DNA of 63,867 nt, counting the filler, from Klebsormidium nitens (lineage: Eukaryota > Plantae > Klebsormidiophyceae), in assembly GCA_000708835.1 (NCBI GenBank). It is 5 parts of 5 records of this genome, joined end to end, with 100 filler letters (N's around TTAATTAATTAA, not from the genome) between each part and the next. Parts side by side here need not be neighbours in the genome. Positions count along the whole stretch, not along the records: positions 22,637 to 51,890 come from DF237786.1; 4 more parts are not named here. One strand, 5' to 3'. Shown in pieces: positions 22,657-37,217 of this stretch (position 1 is its first letter; every line of letters begins with the position of its first letter). The position numbers were made by a program, and so were the translations under genes. The notes beneath the pieces were generated by a model that saw nothing but the letters and a program-made list of their open reading frames with translations, was not told where the DNA came from and ran no database searches.

Positions 22657-23039
22657 GGGCCTAGTTCCGACGCCGTCAAAGTTCCATGTCGGATTATCGG
22701 AACCGTGGAATGTGCTGCGTGGCCGACCGTCGGCGAATTTCAGCCTTCAGATTTGTAGACTTCGCAAGTATATTTTAACTAACTTCGGAGTTCGGCGCGC
22801 CGGAGTTTTCGGAGTCGGAATCACTGGCTACTAGCTAGGCTAGCTAGGCTAGGCTCGAGCCTAGGCCCTAGCTAGCCTAGTGTCAGTGGTCAGTGGCAGT
22901 GACTTCGGCCGAGTCAAATTCGATCGAAATTTAAACTCGGAACTCCGAAAATTAACGACGGCCGTAGACTCTGCCACGCGGCTAAAGCCACGGCTCGGAT
23001 GATCCGACGTGGAACTTTGACGGCGTCGGAACTAGGCCC
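22657..23039. mobile_element. MITE-like or fold-back element (~383 bp) with 42-bp terminal inverted repeats
   Basis: GGGCCTAGTTCCGACGCCGTCAAAGTTCCATGTCGGATTATC (22657-22698) matches the reverse complement at 22998-23039 with 2 mismatches. The centre is CTAG-rich and palindromic. No clear TSD. Confidence 0.6.
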
Positions 23040-23706
23040 CGAACTCACCAAGCTCAGATGCCTTATGTTGAAGTTGGACTTGGAGGTTTCAGGCATGTGA
23101 AAATATAATCTGGTTTTGGAGTCGGCAGGCTATATGTAACTCAGTTCGACGCAGGACGTTCGACAGTCCCTGGTGCAACTTATATTACAGATTTCGAAGT
23201 CCTTGTCATCGAGCGTTACATCGAGTTTTCAAAAAAATGGATCAGGAAATCCAATACCCTGGTAACGGAAATTGAGGCGAATACAAAGCTTGAAAGGCTT
23301 CCGTAGCTGAGCTCATTCACAGCAAAGCTCATTCACAGCAAAGGGGGATCGAGCCCTCCAGGTGGGCCTCCAGGGCCTGGCCGGCCTGCGCACATTAGAA
23401 TTTAGAATCTTCTTTAGGCAGTGCCTAATAGCGTGCTCAATGCTTTCCTCCCTGTAGCTGGCTTTTCCATGCCGGTGGTGGTCATTGATGCAGCGAATCA
23501 AACCGTCACCGAGGGGTGTGTCTTGTGTGAGCTCTTGGAGCGAGACGTGAAAAATGACAAGACTTGCTCGCTTTGAGTCAATCACAGAAAGCCCTCCTGA
23601 TGTCCGCAGGCCTAAGCAAGGAGGCTCCGCCGAAAGCGCTTCAATGGTGGCGTTGTGATTTAGTCCTCCAATTGTCGCGGTCCTCAGCAAAGCTCCACCT
23701 CCCGCT

Positions 23707-26700
23707 ATGCGACCCAACGGTGGTGCGCGCCGGGCAGGGCCCGTTCGCACCCCCTTCCAGCTGGTCTCTCTGGGGGACCTTTCCAAGCAGGGGCTTGCCC
23801 CCCGCGTTGAAAGTCTTGCGGTCAGCGTTGATTCCAAAGAGCTCGTCGCCAGCATATACATAGGCACTTCAGATGGGCAGGTGCTTTTGTTCTCCCTGGC
23901 CCTCCAGGGGGGTGGCTCCAGCAGGGCCGGCAGCCCCACCCCGAGCACCGCCCCCTCGCTGTCAAACCCCTCCACTCCCCAGTCGCTCTCCAGCGTCACG
24001 TCTGTTGAGGAACCTCCTTCCCCCGCTTTCCTTGTCGCCTCGCACAAACTGGGCAAAACCCCAGTGGACTCATTGTGCGAGCTGCCGGCGGCCAATCAGA
24101 TCGCAGCCTTGTGTGAGGGGCACGTCACGCTGCTCGGGAAGAAAGCCCTCGATGCCCCAGTGCACATGGCTGCGGTGCAGGGGGGGGCGCTAATGGCCTG
24201 CGATTTGAGCCCCCTTGAAGAGAGCGATGACCTGGGCTGGCTGAGAAGCATGCCAGGGGACGATCCAGAGGGGGGAGAGGCCGCACGGGTGGCGCTGAAG
24301 AGCCAAAGAAGGAAGGGACTGCAGCGCTTGTTTGGGGGGAAGCAGCGGGTGTCAGATTCTCGAACAGATGTTAGCTCAGATGATTCTCGACAGGACCCTG
24401 TTGAGATCAGAAAACTGCAGCGGTTGGTCGTGGGCACCCGTCGGAAGCTGCTTATCTTTGGGGTGCCTACGGAGCGGGATTCTGACCACCCGGTTGTTCT
24501 TTTGAGGGAAATTGTAACCCCTGAACCGGCGCTGCGGCTAGCGTGGTACGGCCCCACTATGATTTTGGGCACACGGGGGGGGTACGTCCTGATGGACTTG
24601 CGCAAAGGGGAGGGTGGCAATCTCCTCTTCTCCCTGCCAAGCGACTCGTCACGCCCCCCGCTTCTGAAACCCCTGACGAATGTCAACGGAGCCCCGGGCG
24701 AATTGGTCCTGTTTGCCGACAACCTGGGCATCGTCGTCAATCCAGGGGGGCAGCCCACAGGCGCTTCGTACCTTCTCAAAGCCCCCCCGGAAACGGTGGG
24801 CCACACGGCCAAGTATCTTCTGGCGGTTGCGGAGGGGCAGCTCGACGTTGTGCGCAGGAAAGGGGGGGTGATTGTGCAGAACCTGGCATTGGGGGGCAAG
24901 CGGGGGGCCGTTCTGGGGCCAAGTGTCGCGGCCGATGATTCAGGGGGCCGGTGCACGGTGGTTGCATCAAACGCCAGGCTATGGTGGGCACAGCCGACAC
25001 CGTTGGAGGAGCAGGCCAAGGAACTGCTGAGGCAAAGGGAGGTGGGCACCGAAACATTGCCTTCACAAGCTTTCTATGTTTCTCTGTACGTGACTTGTCA
25101 AGGTAAATCAGCTTTTTAGAATGCTTATATCGATTGCTGCTGTCATCTCTGCGGATTTGTCGTACACGCTGGTCGAAGAGGGCACCCATAGGCACTCAGC
25201 TCCTTAAAAATTGCATATTTTGAATTCGTCTATCATGACGCACTGACAATGACCTTGGTCGACATCTCTTCCTACCACCTCCTTGTCTCCCTCAAGTATC
25301 GACTGGGGAGTGAAAGCATTGCAAAAGATTGATAATGTTTGACGTTTAGAGACGTGAGCTTTCCTCAGCGTGGTCAGTTGTCCAAGCCATCAGAAGTTTG
25401 GCAAAGTTGTACCCTTCATTTGTCTCTACCCCTGATACTAACGGGTATTGATCTGTGTGAACCATCATCGATTCGCAAGGGAGCATAAGACAAAGTACTC
25501 ATGATCCCTTCGAGTTCTTCGATACATGAGCCTGCAAAGAGCGCTTGTATGTGCCACGTTTACCATCTTGTTAAGGCACGTTCCACCATACTTCGCCCAT
25601 CACATCCTGCTGGTCCTGAGTTTCTTGCCCTACTTGCAGATAGACGAGGGCGTTGCCCTGATTGAAGAGGCCGTTCCCGCTTCCTCCGACGCTTCCCTCC
25701 CCTCCCTCCTGGCCACCGTGCACGCTGAAGCGGGATTCATTCAATTCAACGAGCTGCACTTCGATTCGGCGATAGACCACTTTCTGCGATCCTCCACCTT
25801 CGAGGCCCCCGAATTGTTCCCTTTCTTCCCGACCTACACCGCCAAATGGCGCTCCATCGTGCCTCGAAAGCGCTACTGGGGCCTGCACCCGCCTCCCCAG
25901 GTACATACGTGATTTCAGACTTCCGGCTATCTACGGAAATGTCGTTCACCCTTTCCGAGCCACGTTTTGTGGCGTCCAGCCTGGCACTCCTCAATGCTTT
26001 GCAGATCCTGAATGTTTGCGAACTTGTTTTTGCGAAGCCAAGGGTTGTTACACGTCCCAACAAATGCGCACAGATCAGTGTCAAAGCTTGACCCCTCGTT
26101 CAAGCCACTGAACGGAGGCGCTGGTGTAGCTTAAGAAGCAAGAGAAGGCAGAATGAGTTCTCTGCTGAGTTACATAAAGGGCTTATTACGTTTTGCACCA
26201 TCTAGAAGGTTGTCTGAACTGCATTCTTAGACCTCTCCAGGCCATCAAGAAAGTGGTCGACAACGGGCTTTTCCAGCGGCAGAACACCCTCGGCAGGCTG
26301 CAGATCGGCCCCGACTCAGAGCCCACTACCGACCCGGCCGCACTCATCAAGGACGCCAAGCGGAGCGTCACCCGGTACCTCGCAACGGTCCGTTCCAGGC
26401 GGCAGCCCATTCCCACCCCCAGTGTGAATGCGCCCCCGGCAGCAAGCGCGGCGAAGACCTCACGCCGAGGCGTCAGCATGTTGACCCTCAATGAGCGCGG
26501 CTCCCAAGGGGCGGGTGTGAATGCGCCATTCGGCGGTGTGAACGCGCTTGAGGCGCAGGGGGTGGACACGCTGCTGGTGCGCCTGTACGCTGACGTCGGC
26601 GAGGTCGCGGCGCTCGAGGCGCTCGCTCGGGAAGCACATGCGTGCGTCCTGGACGAGGTCGAGGGGCCGCTGCGCGCGGCGGGCCGCTTCCACGCGCTCG

Positions 26701-29700
26701 CGCTGCTGCTCGAAACAGGGGGGCAGCTGAGCCGGGCCCTGAGTGTGTGGGAAGCTCTGGTTGAGGGGGGGGTCCAGGAAGCGGAGGCGCCTATGGGGGC
26801 TGTAGCGGAGGAAAAAGGACGTGCCTCGGAAGAAAGCGCTCGGAAAGAGGGGCCCGGGGAGGTCGTTGAGACGGGGGAAAGCAGTGCAACGGCTGAAGCC
26901 CTCAGGGAAGAAGAGGCGGGCGGTTTAGATGAGGAGGGCGACTTCGAAGGGCCGCGGCTGCTAGCGCAGGTCGCCTCCCTGAGCACTCGGGAGTTTGGCT
27001 CGTTCCGCTCGTCCTCGTTCCGGTCGACAGTCGGCAGCCCACGAGGAACGGAACCGATGAGCCCACGGCGCTCTTCTAGTCTGTTCTCGAGCGGCCGGGG
27101 AACCGGAGTGCGGGGGATCCCTCTGCGGAGTCGTTTGAGCGGGCAGGCGGCCGTGGGCGCGGAGAATGCGGCAAGGGTTTTAAAGCGAACGTCGGATATG
27201 GGGCTGGTTCTGGAGCACGGACGGTGGCTCGTTCGGCTGGATCCTGAGCTGGCGCTCGCCGCATTCACGGCAGAAGAGCGGGGGGCGCCGCTGCCAGCAG
27301 GTGGGCGCAAACGCGATTTTGAGTTCCTCGAACATTAGCCTTGTGAGGGGTATTTCTAAGAGGACTCTATGCGATGTAGAGATATAGCGTCTTCATAGGG
27401 AGTTGTTTCAGGTTCGATAGCCAGAGCACATGAGAGAACAGCGCTTCGAACTATCTATTCCGAGAACTGGAAGCCCGGACCTTCGCTCATGACACTCCTC
27501 GACCAAGCTCTTTGCTAATCACTCAACCTTGCCTTTGCGTGTATACTAGCGAGGCAGGAAGCTCGCAATTGTACATTCAATGCTGAAGGAACAACGCCGC
27601 AGTCTTTGGCGGCTTTTCAAGACGGCGTTGCAAAAAATGAACAGCTGCCAATAGCTTAACCTGGTTTGGTCCGCGATCGTGCAGACCAGGTGCTGGCGCT
27701 GCTGCGGCAGGAGGACGCGCGCATCTGGAGGGCGTATTTACACTGGGTCGTGGAGGAGCAGGGCACACAGGACAGCCGCCTCCACACCGAGCTCGCCATC
27801 GCGCTCGCGCAGGCCGCGCTGGCAAAGATGGCGGAGACAGGAACGGACGGAGCGGAGTCGAGCGAAACGGAATGGGGCAGAGTCGAGGGGTCTGAATCGG
27901 GAGTGGGTTTGGTAGACGATTTCAGGGAGGGCTTAACTGAAGATACGGGGGCCAGCGTCAGTGGGTCTCCAATCGGCGGCGGTAGGAAGTTCAAAAACGA
28001 CGATACAGAGGGCAACCGGGGAACGGAGTCCGAAGCCCGGGCAAGGGACGTGTCTCTCGAGCAGCTCAGCGGAAATGGTCGAGAGAAGAAGGTGACATCA
28101 GCAGGGGCCCAGAAGACGGTGGTGTCTGGTCGATCAGGGAGTGCAAAAGCGCGCGACGGCGTGGGGACGGTGTCGGACGTCCGGCGGCAGCTGCAGGCGT
28201 TTTTGGACGAGTCCGACAATTACGAGATCGGTGCCGTGCTGGATAAGATCCGGGGGTCGGAGCTGTGGCGGGAGCAGGTGGGCCGCTGATGCTCGTTGGC
28301 GATGGGCTACTCGACAGTCCAGTAGATCATTTGAAGCCGACTATTTTGAACATTCTTCATTTTTCCAGGCAAGAAGCGCCTTTAGGCAACCAGGGCTCCG
28401 TTTGAAGAAACGGTCGTCGCTTTTGAAAGGAAGCTTCAAAGGTGGCTGGCGGATCGCCCGACAGAATGAGTGCCTTTGCTTCCATTCGGCCAGGATCCAC
28501 ATCAAAACTTGAAAGGTACTCGCGAGTAGTTTTGAACCGCTCGGCGTCTCTGTCCTTTTCGCCGGTCCCGCCTCCTTCTGAATATTCTTTTCGGGTTCCG
28601 CTCCTTTGACCACCATCGATAAACGCTTTCCCTCCTTCCATGCAGGTGATACTGTACCGGCGGGGGGGTGACCACGTGGCAGCCCTGAAAGTGCTCGCGC
28701 TGTAAGACACCGCTCGCGACCCTCGAAGTGATGGTTGTGTAGACCACTTGACCACTTTGTGCCACTAGATTACTGCTCTAAACGGACTATTGCTCAACCA
28801 GCTTCCAGAACGTTCTTCTATGTTCATTACTGTTTCATCGCAGGACCCAATGATTGCCCACTTTGGGAAACTCAAGGAAATGGCCACTTAAAAGACTTTA
28901 CACCACCACCATTTATACGGAGGTTGAGTCATTACTGCCTTCCTCTCCTCACTTGCAGGAAGCTCGGAGATGTGGAAGGTGCAGAGCAGTACTGCGCACA
29001 TCACGGGGGGCCTGACTCGTATGCAAAGTGAGACGCTCCGCAAAACTCTAGCTTGTCGAGTTCTATGATTCCGAACCCTAACTTCTTGGGGAGATCATAG
29101 TTGGTGCCGACTTTGTTGCGAGGACCGAAGGCCAACTTCGCGTAGATACATTGGCATGCGCTCGAGCTATACGAGTCGCAGCTGATTTGAAGAAGGTCTT
29201 TCAAACGTCGTGTATTGTGGCTGGATTGAAATTCTTAACGGCCCACAAGGCGTTCTGCTTCATAGGTTTCTTATATAGCTCGCCTGCTGCTCGAAAGAGC
29301 AGGCATGCGGTCCGCCTTTTGACGGCTCCGGCAGTGCATGTTGGTCCCCGATGCTGCGGGTCAGGACATGGCCCAACCATTTTCCGCGGGATGTCGCCCT
29401 GCCTCCTAGAACCTGCACAGATCTTCATCTGCTCTAACTCAAATTGCAAGGTGATGCTCGCTGGATTCGCCTTTGCAGTGGAGACTGACCCTTTTGGCAC
29501 AGATTAGGGCGACCATGCTGGTTTTGTTGAACTGCGGTCAGTCGCCTGCTTGCGATTCAAATATCTTCTTTGCCTTGTCTCCCAGCCTCCTGGAGATGTA
29601 CCTGCACCCCGGCGACGGGCGGACACCGATGCACGCGGCCGCGGTGCGCCTGCTGCATTGCCACGGGGCCGCGCTGGACCCTCTAAAGGTTCTCGAGGTA

Positions 29701-31607
29701 AGCCCATGAGACCAGTGTCACTACTGGCGTCCTTGATGACCTGCGATGTGACCCTTCGGAACGGTTGATTGCTTCCCTGCTTTGCAAGAGGCATGTGTTC
29801 TTGAACAGGTTGGTGTTGACTGTGTGAAAGTTGTTGAGACACGAGCCGTTCATTTGTAAGAGTGATTGGCATATGAACCAATGCATCCTGCATACCCCTG
29901 AGCAATCTTCTAAAATAACATCTGAAACATCTGGAATACCTGCCTAAAAATATTTTGGAGCAGATAGAGAATGCACTTGAAGTACGGTCTTCCTTACGCC
30001 TGGTTGACTTTTTACATGGCGCTTATTTACCCTGCTGGCCTGCAGGCCCTCCCTCCGGACATGCCACTGGCGGCGGCGGCGGAGACTATTGCGCGGCTGC
30101 TCCGGGAGAGAGTGCACCGGCACCGTCAGGGACAGGTGCGCCCCAATTACCCGACTGCTCACAATATGAGAAAAAGAGGGCCAACCGCTTTACGGCCCTT
30201 CATACAGGGCACCTCAGCGTTTTCATTCGCTCTTCTTGATGACCAAGTTTGGGGTGTAATTCCTGGGTGCTCTTACAAGGGCGCCAATTAAAGGGGAGAA
30301 GCAGGGACGAACAATCCACGATGTCTGCAAGCAACTCCTCTCTTTGCCCATCATCGGTGAACAGGTGGGCTAAAATTGCTCACGAACAACTATTCATCAA
30401 CTGGCGCTAGGGTACCACGAAAAGGCGACGATTTTCGGCTTGTCTGTTCGAAGGAAGCCTTCCTCATCTCCCTTTTGCCCCTTCTCAGATCTTTTGCAAA
30501 GATGGTATCCACTTGTTAGGGCCTCCATCGAATGATCCACTTTGCGCGACCAAACGGCGTTCTAGCACAAACTCACCAGCTCGTTCTCATAGTCGACGCC
30601 TCTTCTCATTGAAAAGGATCTGCGTGCAGTGGGAAAGGCTTTGCTGACGTTCCTGCGGCGTCAGGCTGACGAAGTCGGCTTCCCTTTCCCGCAGATCGTG
30701 CACCACCTGACGCGCAAGGCCAATTTCGACGCGCGACTTGCGCGCGTGCAGGAGCGGGTGCGGTGCGTGGAGCTGACCGACGAGCGCGCGTGCTGGGCGT
30801 GCCACGCGCGCATCGGGACCAAGCTGTGCGCGCTCTACCCCAACAATGTCCTCGTCTGCTACAAGGTGCGCGCGCACGTCATGGTTAAGCAGATTGTTTG
30901 CTCTAACGTGTCCCTGAAGAGATGACTGCATCAATCTTGCGTTCCCTCATGAAGGCCGTCGTGGTGTGAGGGTTCGGCAGAGGATATGAGGTCAGTGGAG
31001 AAGCCACTTGCCTCAATCCAGATTTCAAATCCCCTGGCGGCTATGGCCTAGCCTGCCCGTGGCTAAAGGTTCGGAGGGGATCTTGAATCGACTCGGTCGC
31101 GAGATAGTTTTCATTCCTGGCGCAGCCTGACTTCGCCATTTTGTCGAACGTTCTTGTCCTGATTTGTGGGAGGCTATCTTTCATCTCCACCAGCATGTTT
31201 TTTGCGTGGTTTTTGGTGAGCATTCTGATGACCTGGGCGTTTTATCGTCACCGCACGCACCATTGTCTGTACCTTGCATTTCGTCAACTTTTCCGGCATC
31301 CGCCTCGACCGATTGCTGTCGGTGCGCTATCTCCACACAATTGACGCAATTTCTGACCCAAGTCGAGTGAAGCTACGGTTCACGCTCTCCTAAAGTAGTA
31401 GGAAAACCGGACCCCACAGGACGCATCTGCAGATGTTGACCGGACCTCTGTTTGAAGCGGCACGGGCTTTGTCCTCCTTCGTTGGCAAATCTATTACGAT
31501 CGAAGAACTCAAGTGGTCTTCCGCCCGTGCAGTGTTTACGGAAGGCCGGGGAGCACGTGTGCCCTGTGACGGGCACCGACTTCAGGGTGATGAACGAGGA
31601 GAGATGA
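23707..31607 (+). CDS. VPS3: Vacuolar protein sorting VPS3 / TGFBRAP1-like CORVET subunit (CNH, clathrin-repeat and C-terminal Zn-finger domains), 10 exons, ~1270 aa
   Basis: Phase-consistent exons: 23707-25041, 25640-25900, 26241-27300, 27685-28277, 28646-28701, 28959-29027, 29586-29697, 30046-30135, 30695-30865, 31533-31607. Motifs IYIGTSDG, PRKRYWGLHPPP, VVDNGL and CWACHARIGTKLCALYPNNVLVCYK|CLRKAGEHVCPVTGTDF match plant VPS3 as I recall it. Confidence 0.88.
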
Positions 31608-33086
31608 CACGTTTGCAAAGCTCGCAGGCATCTCTTGCTCACAGGACCGCAGTGGTGTTGGAACCTTGGGGTTCGTTTTGAGACCCGAGCGCTTTGGATG
31701 CAAGCCACAATCCACGGCTTCGGCGGCCTTGATCGGTCTCACGTTGTCACCCTTTACTTTTTGCCCATATATGGCCCATATAGGCTGGGCAGCGCAGCCT
31801 ATGGGTCATATCTTGGAAGGCGATGGCCCAGTGGTGACCCGCACATGTTTGTATGCACATGATCATTCTTTCACAGCATCAATGCACCATCATAACCCGG
31901 CGCCGACGGGCCTGACGTCCACTGGCACAGCCGGCTTGCCGCGTTGCTGTACATGTACTGGCGGCAAATACGTCGTCGGATAAGCGCGAGTCACCGATCG
32001 CTTTCAATGGGTACTTTTAGAGGTACGTGGATCGTGCAAACGTACACGCTCATATACGTCATGTGGGATCGCGGCCGCACGAGGGAAGCCATGAGAGTGA
32101 TTGGAAATCGAAGCGATTGTTTATAAGTCGATCACCGGGGCTGAGTCACTACATAAGATCGATTTTACGCATACTACATCATTGGTTCTGCATCCGACAA
32201 TTCTATGACGCGATGAGCTTGTATACAATTAGCTCTTCAATCGATATGCACAGAGTAGCCGCCACGTTAGCGTTAAGCTTCATGCGACGCATGCGCGTAC
32301 GTGTACGTCACAGTGCCTAGTTACTGCGCGCACATGTACATGGATGATTGATTGCGAGTGAAAATTGCTCACTTATGCAATGATCCGACTACACATTGAG
32401 ATGCATTCAATGGTACTTGGCTCGTCGGAATATAAGCGCATGGGCCAGCGGGACTCGACATGATCGAGTCCATGCCGGACCTATAGTCACACATTTGTTG
32501 GATCTTAGAGGTGCTGCAGGTGCAGTGACAATGCATTAACATCAAGTCAGTAAGTTCACTTTCCGGCGGCCGTGGCCCTTATGAAGTCTCTACTGCTACG
32601 TTCAACGCGTTAGTCTTTTAAGTTATTGGGAAAGCGTTCGTCAAGTCTCGCAGCCGGACGCTTGCAAAATCTTCGACTTGCGCACGGTTCCACGGTTGCA
32701 TGTTCCTCTCAGATCTGGGGCCTCAAACGCGGAGATCGGGCCGACGACGTCGTAAGTTCTAGTTTCTCTCAAGTCCCAGTTTCAAGCTCAACTCAAGTCA
32801 AGACAGATGGACGTCTTCCAAGCCCTTATCGGAAGCTCTCAGTGTGGAGCGATCTCGAGCTCATGGGGGCCTACCACTAGGTTCCCGTGCAAGATATGGT
32901 ACAACGATAAATATCGGCAAACTATGCACTCAGTCTTCTTGGTGGGCTGCTCGCAATCGCAGGCCCATGCACCACTCACTACTTAGCCTCTCTCCCACGG
33001 CTTAGGAGATCCACTTGCTGCTCACCACGGTCAAAATCGCTACAGCTGTTTACTCGCCTGTACACTGAGTCACTGGCGTGCCTCAC

Positions 33087-36000
33087 CTATCGGGGCTTGC
33101 GCTTGAACGGAAAAGTCCAGCAGCCGCAAGCCTTACTGCTGTCTGGACAACCTCTGGATCCCGGCGTTTCGAGCTCCTCAATTGCACTGTTCAAAGTCGC
33201 CAAAATGGAGGCGAAGTCCGGCCGTTTGCTCGGGTTTGCGTGCCAGCATGCCTGAATCAGGCTCTTGACGGGTGCCGGGCAATCTGGTGGGATCATTGGC
33301 CGTCGATGCTGCGAAAGGAAGGGAGGTGGTGAGTATCTGTCAACTTTCTTCGTTCTGTGCTTCTTGAAACATGCAAGTGACATCGTGTGCTCCGTCAACA
33401 TCTGACCACGGGTACTGAGAAAGACCCTTGCTTATGATCAGGTTCGAGGGCCTCAGACTTGCTGAAAGGAAGGACCCACGAACACATCTGGATGTACATC
33501 TAGACGTGCACATGTTGGTTGAGGGGCGGTGTGTACTATTTTCTTCATGCAAGAAAAGCTTTAGGCTGACCTTGTTCACAACTGCAAACGCTGCTTGGAC
33601 AGCGTTGAGCCCCGCAAACGGGAGCTCCCCCGTCAGCGTCTCCCAGAGGACCAGGCCGAAGCTGTACACGTCAGCTGACCGGTCGTAGGGCCGGTGTCCA
33701 ATCACCTGCCAGATGTGAAAGCAAGATCTTCAAGGATGAACGAATAGAATTCTAGAACCAACTTGCTAATTTTTTCTATGACACACTATGTGCCAAACGT
33801 TGCCAAAGGTTGGGAGTGTAAGCCATCAGTTTCCCCGGTTCGGCTTTTTAGTGATTTCTGAGACGTAGCTGCACTCCTGAACCAGCCATGTGTTTAATAT
33901 CAGTTGAAACCAAACCCAACAGCTTTCCACCATAACAGCAGAGATCGCAAAACCTTGAAGGTCCTTGAAAGAGACGTTTCGCCACTGAAGATCGTTGTAG
34001 CCCAGCTACTGATAGAAACCCACCTCTGGCGCCATGTATCTGTAGGTGCCCGTCTCCGAGGTCATGTCCGAGGGCTCCCCCTCCATGCGCGCAATCCCAA
34101 AGTCGGTCAGCTTCACTGTCCCGTCCTCTCCAATAACCATATTCTCCGACTTGCAGTCCCGGTGCAAGATCCCTAAAGAATGCAGGTACCCCAGCCCGCA
34201 GGCAATGTCTCGCGCCATCCGAAGCCTCTCTAGATAAGGCGGAGGCTCGAAGGCCTTTTGACGCTCTAAGTAGTTCCTAAGCGATCCTTCCGGGAGGTAC
34301 TCTGTGACGTGCAGTTGGAGGGGAGGCTGGTCGTAGGCTCCTAGAAACTGCATGCAAGCAAGAGCTGTTTGCAAGGGAGGCTGTGTCCACAATCTGCACT
34401 GTTGACCTTCGAATGTACGTGCTAGTTTCCTGGATTATGGAAGGGGCAATCAGAAGAAACTACAGAGTATCCAGACTTGGAATTTGTACAATTTAATACC
34501 GTTGACAGCTGTATACAGATTTCTTTATGGATAGAAAAAACTGATTTTTTAGTTATGCGCAGAAGCAGACGCAGGGGGGCGTAAAGCGAACAACTGCATC
34601 CAAATGGAATGGCTTTGCTCCTTCATTGACTGTCCGTCTTTTCATTGACTGTCCGCTCTTACTAAACCGCAATCCCAAAGGCGCCGTAGACTTCTGATCT
34701 CTTCTTTAATGCCGCTAGCATCAAGACAGAGCACTACAGTTGCCTTGGGGGAGCGAAGAGCCACGTTTTCAACAAGTGTGGAGCAAAGAGCCACTAACAG
34801 AGCTGTTGCCCCCTGCTTCGCTCCAATCTCCTTCGGGCAGTGGCTCTTTGCTCCCCGCAGCAAAGAGCAGCGGTGGCGCAGGCGCTAGTCGGTGCATCCG
34901 AAAAGGGATAGAAATCATCTAGCCCCAACAGTTCAAGAGCTAAGAGAAGCAGAGTAAGGGTTCAAGGTCTTCAAGCAGGGGCGCTCACCTTGACAATGTT
35001 TGGGTGTTGCAACCGAGAAAGAAACCCAACTTCCTGCTGAAAGGTGGGATGGCCGATGCAAGCCGCTGTTTGCTTGAAAACCTTGACAGCCACCTCCTGT
35101 AGTATCACATATGCAGCCAGGTGAGTACAGTCACCACAGAAGAAAGAAAAGGCGTCTTTGCTGGCAGAGGTGGATGGGGCAGAAAGAGTTTCCACAATGT
35201 GATTAGCGGATGGTTGCCCTAACCTAGCGGTCATAAGCATGTTGACATACAGCATGAGGCTGGTGGTTGTTGGTATGGGCAAGTGGCACAAGACTTGATG
35301 ATCGTACTTGAACTGTTGTGAACCCATGCCAGGGTTTTAGAAATGCATGGGCCAGCAAAAACCCATGACCACATGCCTGCCACTGTTGAAAGCCTCTTAT
35401 CTAGGAAGCAAGAATACAGCACCAAACCCTGTAGCCCACCTGCATTTTCGAAAGGAGAGCACAAGGCCCTCGAGGAAGTGCTCAACTCTCAAGCAACACC
35501 GAAAAGTGGCCACTTCCTACCTGACCACAATAAGTTCCATAGTATATCCTTCCCGCCGACCCTACCGCAACCACCGCTCCTAGGATAAGGTCCGGTATGC
35601 TAACGGAATGAGGCTGCACGCTTTGAGCAACCCCATCATCTTTTGACTCTCTTTCGCTAATAGGCTCTTGGGAAGAAGGGGACCGTTCCTTGAGGACACT
35701 CAGCTCTTCAAGATCAATGTGGCGGAGGTGCTTCCTGGGCTGCAAAACGTGAAGAGCTGGTAAGAACCTTGGATCTCAATTAAGTTGATTCTAATGGTTG
35801 TTGCTTGGTTTGTTGCAGAGTATCAAAGGAGACGCAGGGTGCCTCTTACATGACTGCCTTTCCTTTGCAACATAATGAGAGGTGTGCAAGGGCATGCGTA
35901 AACAGCAGCGACACAACAGCAGACCGCACTTACTTTAATACTTGAGAACGTAGCCCCCAATTGTGCCAAAAGCTCCTCCAGAAACACCCGCTCTCCAACC

Positions 36001-36278
36001 TGTTGCATCCTCCTGCTGTGACTGCCAGGATTCGAACTGCATGATTGTAGCTCGCTATCGCCATCTCGTGCAATTGTGCTTCGCTCGCTGCTTCCTGCAA
36101 CATTCCAATGTGATGCGGACAATATGTTTGAGCTAGCCAACCCTGTGCAGCCGACGCAGCCGCCGGACCGGCCCGCAGAATTGTCCTCAGAGCTGCCTGC
36201 AGAACAGACCACCAAATCGTCCTTGCTGACTCGCCCTGGATCCCGGTTGTCTCGTGTGCTCGGAAGTCCTGCCGCCAT
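33087..36278 (-). CDS. Raf-like (STY/group C MAPKKK-like) Ser/Thr/Tyr protein kinase, 6 exons, ~450 aa
   Basis: Exons 36278-35934, 35739-35521, 35096-34989, 34347-34024, 33705-33571 and 33308-33087. Motifs [41 protein letters not shown] and [12 protein letters not shown]. Confidence 0.93.
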
Positions 36279-37217
36279 AACTTTCCGCGGCTACATCCAG
36301 CTGCTCTCCAGCAATTGCTGCAGCGCTGCCAGCCTGGGTTGAACACGGATCATCCAGCGAAAGGCCATTGGCCAAAGCGTCTGTACTCTATGCGCGCTTC
36401 AAAGATTCAAAGGTGGCGAATCCCAGGCCATCATTGACACTGACAGTGAGTTTCCGACATGGTGATCTCAAGCTGGGCGCCCGGCGCTCGTCGCTTACAA
36501 GTTACAAAGGGCACATGACGGCATCAAACCGAAAAGTGTGGATCCATCATCCGACACAAACGATTTGTGTCGGATTCAAAGTAACACCACCAAAAGTCAA
36601 CCCCTGTATTGTGCCCGGTGCCCACCAGTTCCAGGGCGCAGTCGACACTGACCAGATTGTCTTCCTAATTTTGAATTTTACGACTTTTGGTGCGTCGTTG
36701 CAGGTCTCGATCCGACTCTCGATACCTAGGTAGGTATGTTACAGGCAATGCCCCGGCAGCGCACCTCCATATTTATGTCTGGCTAACTAATACTTCTGAT
36801 ATCGAGCCCGGGACACCAGCTCTAGCACCCGACCCCGAGGCTCTGTTCGTAAGACCGTACAGCGAGTCAACGCGTGAGGGCATGCTTTGCGGGACGTCAT
36901 CCTGGATTATTCACAGAGCTCCACGTGACGACTGCTTGACGGCATCGATGAAACCCAGTGTCAACGATCGACGGTCAATGTCATGATCAACTCGTCAAAG
37001 CCATATCAAAGCAGAACGCCTTACAACCGTCGGTTGGTTGCGACTGGATCCACGGTTCACTTTCATTTAATTTTTAGGGTTTCAGCTTTGGTGGCATGCG
37101 CTCCTTCGGAGTCCTCATGCAGTACGCAATACTTTCGAGCGAGCAGGGGACAACGAGCCCGTTCAGTCTTTTGCCCTGCAACTTGCAAGAAGCTTTGCTG
37201 AGCCGCTAAGGAAGGAT

